Shown here piece after piece: positions 63,195 to 64,000 of a DNA stretch of 64,000 nucleotides (position 1 is its first letter; the number at the start of each line of letters is the position of its first letter). The notes below the pieces were generated by a model. It had not been told where the DNA came from. It saw nothing but the letters and a program-made list of their open reading frames with translations, and did no database searches. Where the stretch lies: sequence record NZ_CP011600.1; one strand, 5' to 3'. This stretch comes from a plasmid. The position numbers and the translations under genes were made by a program.

Positions 63195-63437
63195 TCACAG
63201 GCGCGATGCATCAAGACCGGCCGCTTTTAGTCTTTCCGCGATTTTCATTATTCTTAGAACTTCACTTCTGAATGATTTATTAATGCCAATGCCTTCACAG
63301 ATCACTTCACAGTTAAGATGTTTTAATGTGTCGGCATATTTTATTAATTGCAAATTCATTTCTGCCGTTTTAGCGCCGGGAGCAGCGTCGGCAATGGCTT
63401 TCTGTATTGCAGAATAGACCGGCAAGAGGGTATCCAT
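63195..63437 (-). CDS. small hypothetical protein
   Basis: 80-aa ORF with a weak RBS. Confidence 0.25.
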   Translation of the reverse strand: MDTLLPVYSAIQKAIADAAPGAKTAEMNLQLIKYADTLKHLNCEVICEGIGINKSFRSEVLRIMKIAERLKAAGLDASRL

Positions 63438-64000
63438 TATGTCATCCGTCAGTTAAAGGGCTCAACAAAATCACATTGCTGAGCCGAAAAGTATAACAGT
63501 GTAATTACTGCTGCCGGCCAGGTTCATAGCGCTGCCGGGACATGACCGCAATGCAGAAGGAAGGCCTTCCTGAGGTCAACAGACCGGAAAAAAAAGCAAC
63601 CATCCTGACTCCTACCAGTGGTTAAACAGCAGATGTACACCTTTTGTTGCACGTATAACCGGGGCAGACTGACGGACTGAGGATAGCAGAAAGGGTAAAG
63701 ATAACAACACAAAGCCCGACTTCCGGCAGGATGGCAGGAGACGTGGGTCTCGTCGTGTAAGGGTTACAATAGTATGATGCTTTTCACCCGCTCAATAGCA
63801 GGACGGATACAATTGCGCCGGAGCCACTGTTGCCCTGACGGGTCATAACATAATTCAAACCGTATGCTAAACTCTGTCACCTTATCCTCAGCCAGGCAAG
63901 TTCATGTCTATTACGCGCAGCGGGATTGCTGGTATTTCCTGAACTGCAGAATTAAATACCGGAGCGTTAATTTTGTCAGCCCTTTCTGAACTGTTAATAA

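Noticed and set aside
62932-63417. 161-aa plus-strand ORF, and the ORFs at 62484..62789 and 62705..63019
   Set aside because: Mutually overlapping frames in a region with no RBS or domain support. Only the 80-aa minus-strand ORF is retained, at low confidence.

Overview
The window reads as a stretch of a large enterobacterial conjugative plasmid, most likely of the Klebsiella/Enterobacter type with a RepFIB/RepE-like replicon. That assignment is my inference from the sequence and was not verified against any database. It is a mosaic of accessory modules: (1) a nickel/cobalt resistance cluster (MFS transporter, RcnR-family repressor, NicO/RcnA efflux protein, BOF/YgiW protein) preceded by four C-tract/G-tract palindromes that look like RcnR-type operators; (2) an ISNCY/IS1202-like insertion sequence; (3) a GC-rich block at 7.8-17.6 kb, entirely minus strand, that looks like a plasmid leading-region anti-defence island (ParB-like nuclease-domain protein, KlcA/ArdB antirestriction protein, two DUF1380 paralogues, an orphan DPPY DNA methyltransferase, a methyltransferase-like protein with a degenerate catalytic motif), punctuated by three ~178-bp near-identical GC-rich hairpin repeats, each just 5' of a gene; (4) ParMRC actin-type partition; (5) a LexA-boxed umuDC operon; (6) a ParAB (SopAB-like) partition pair; (7) a Rep_3 initiator flanked on both sides by ~20-bp iterons; (8) an IS3-family element with a 3-bp duplication inserted into a ~444-aa unknown gene next to a tyrosine recombinase; (9) a tight five-gene operon of unknown function; (10) a low-GC islet encoding a McrA-like HNH endonuclease; (11) the complete silver/copper island silE-silRS-silCFBA-silG-silP, pcoG-like peptidase, pcoABCDRS, pcoE, in which an IS66-family element with a perfect 8-bp duplication has split a second pcoE/silE paralogue; (12) ParDE and VapBC toxin-antitoxin pairs and an EAL-HDOD protein. 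No rRNA, tRNA or CRISPR arrays were seen. Coordinates of short motifs read off the text are good to about 2 bp.
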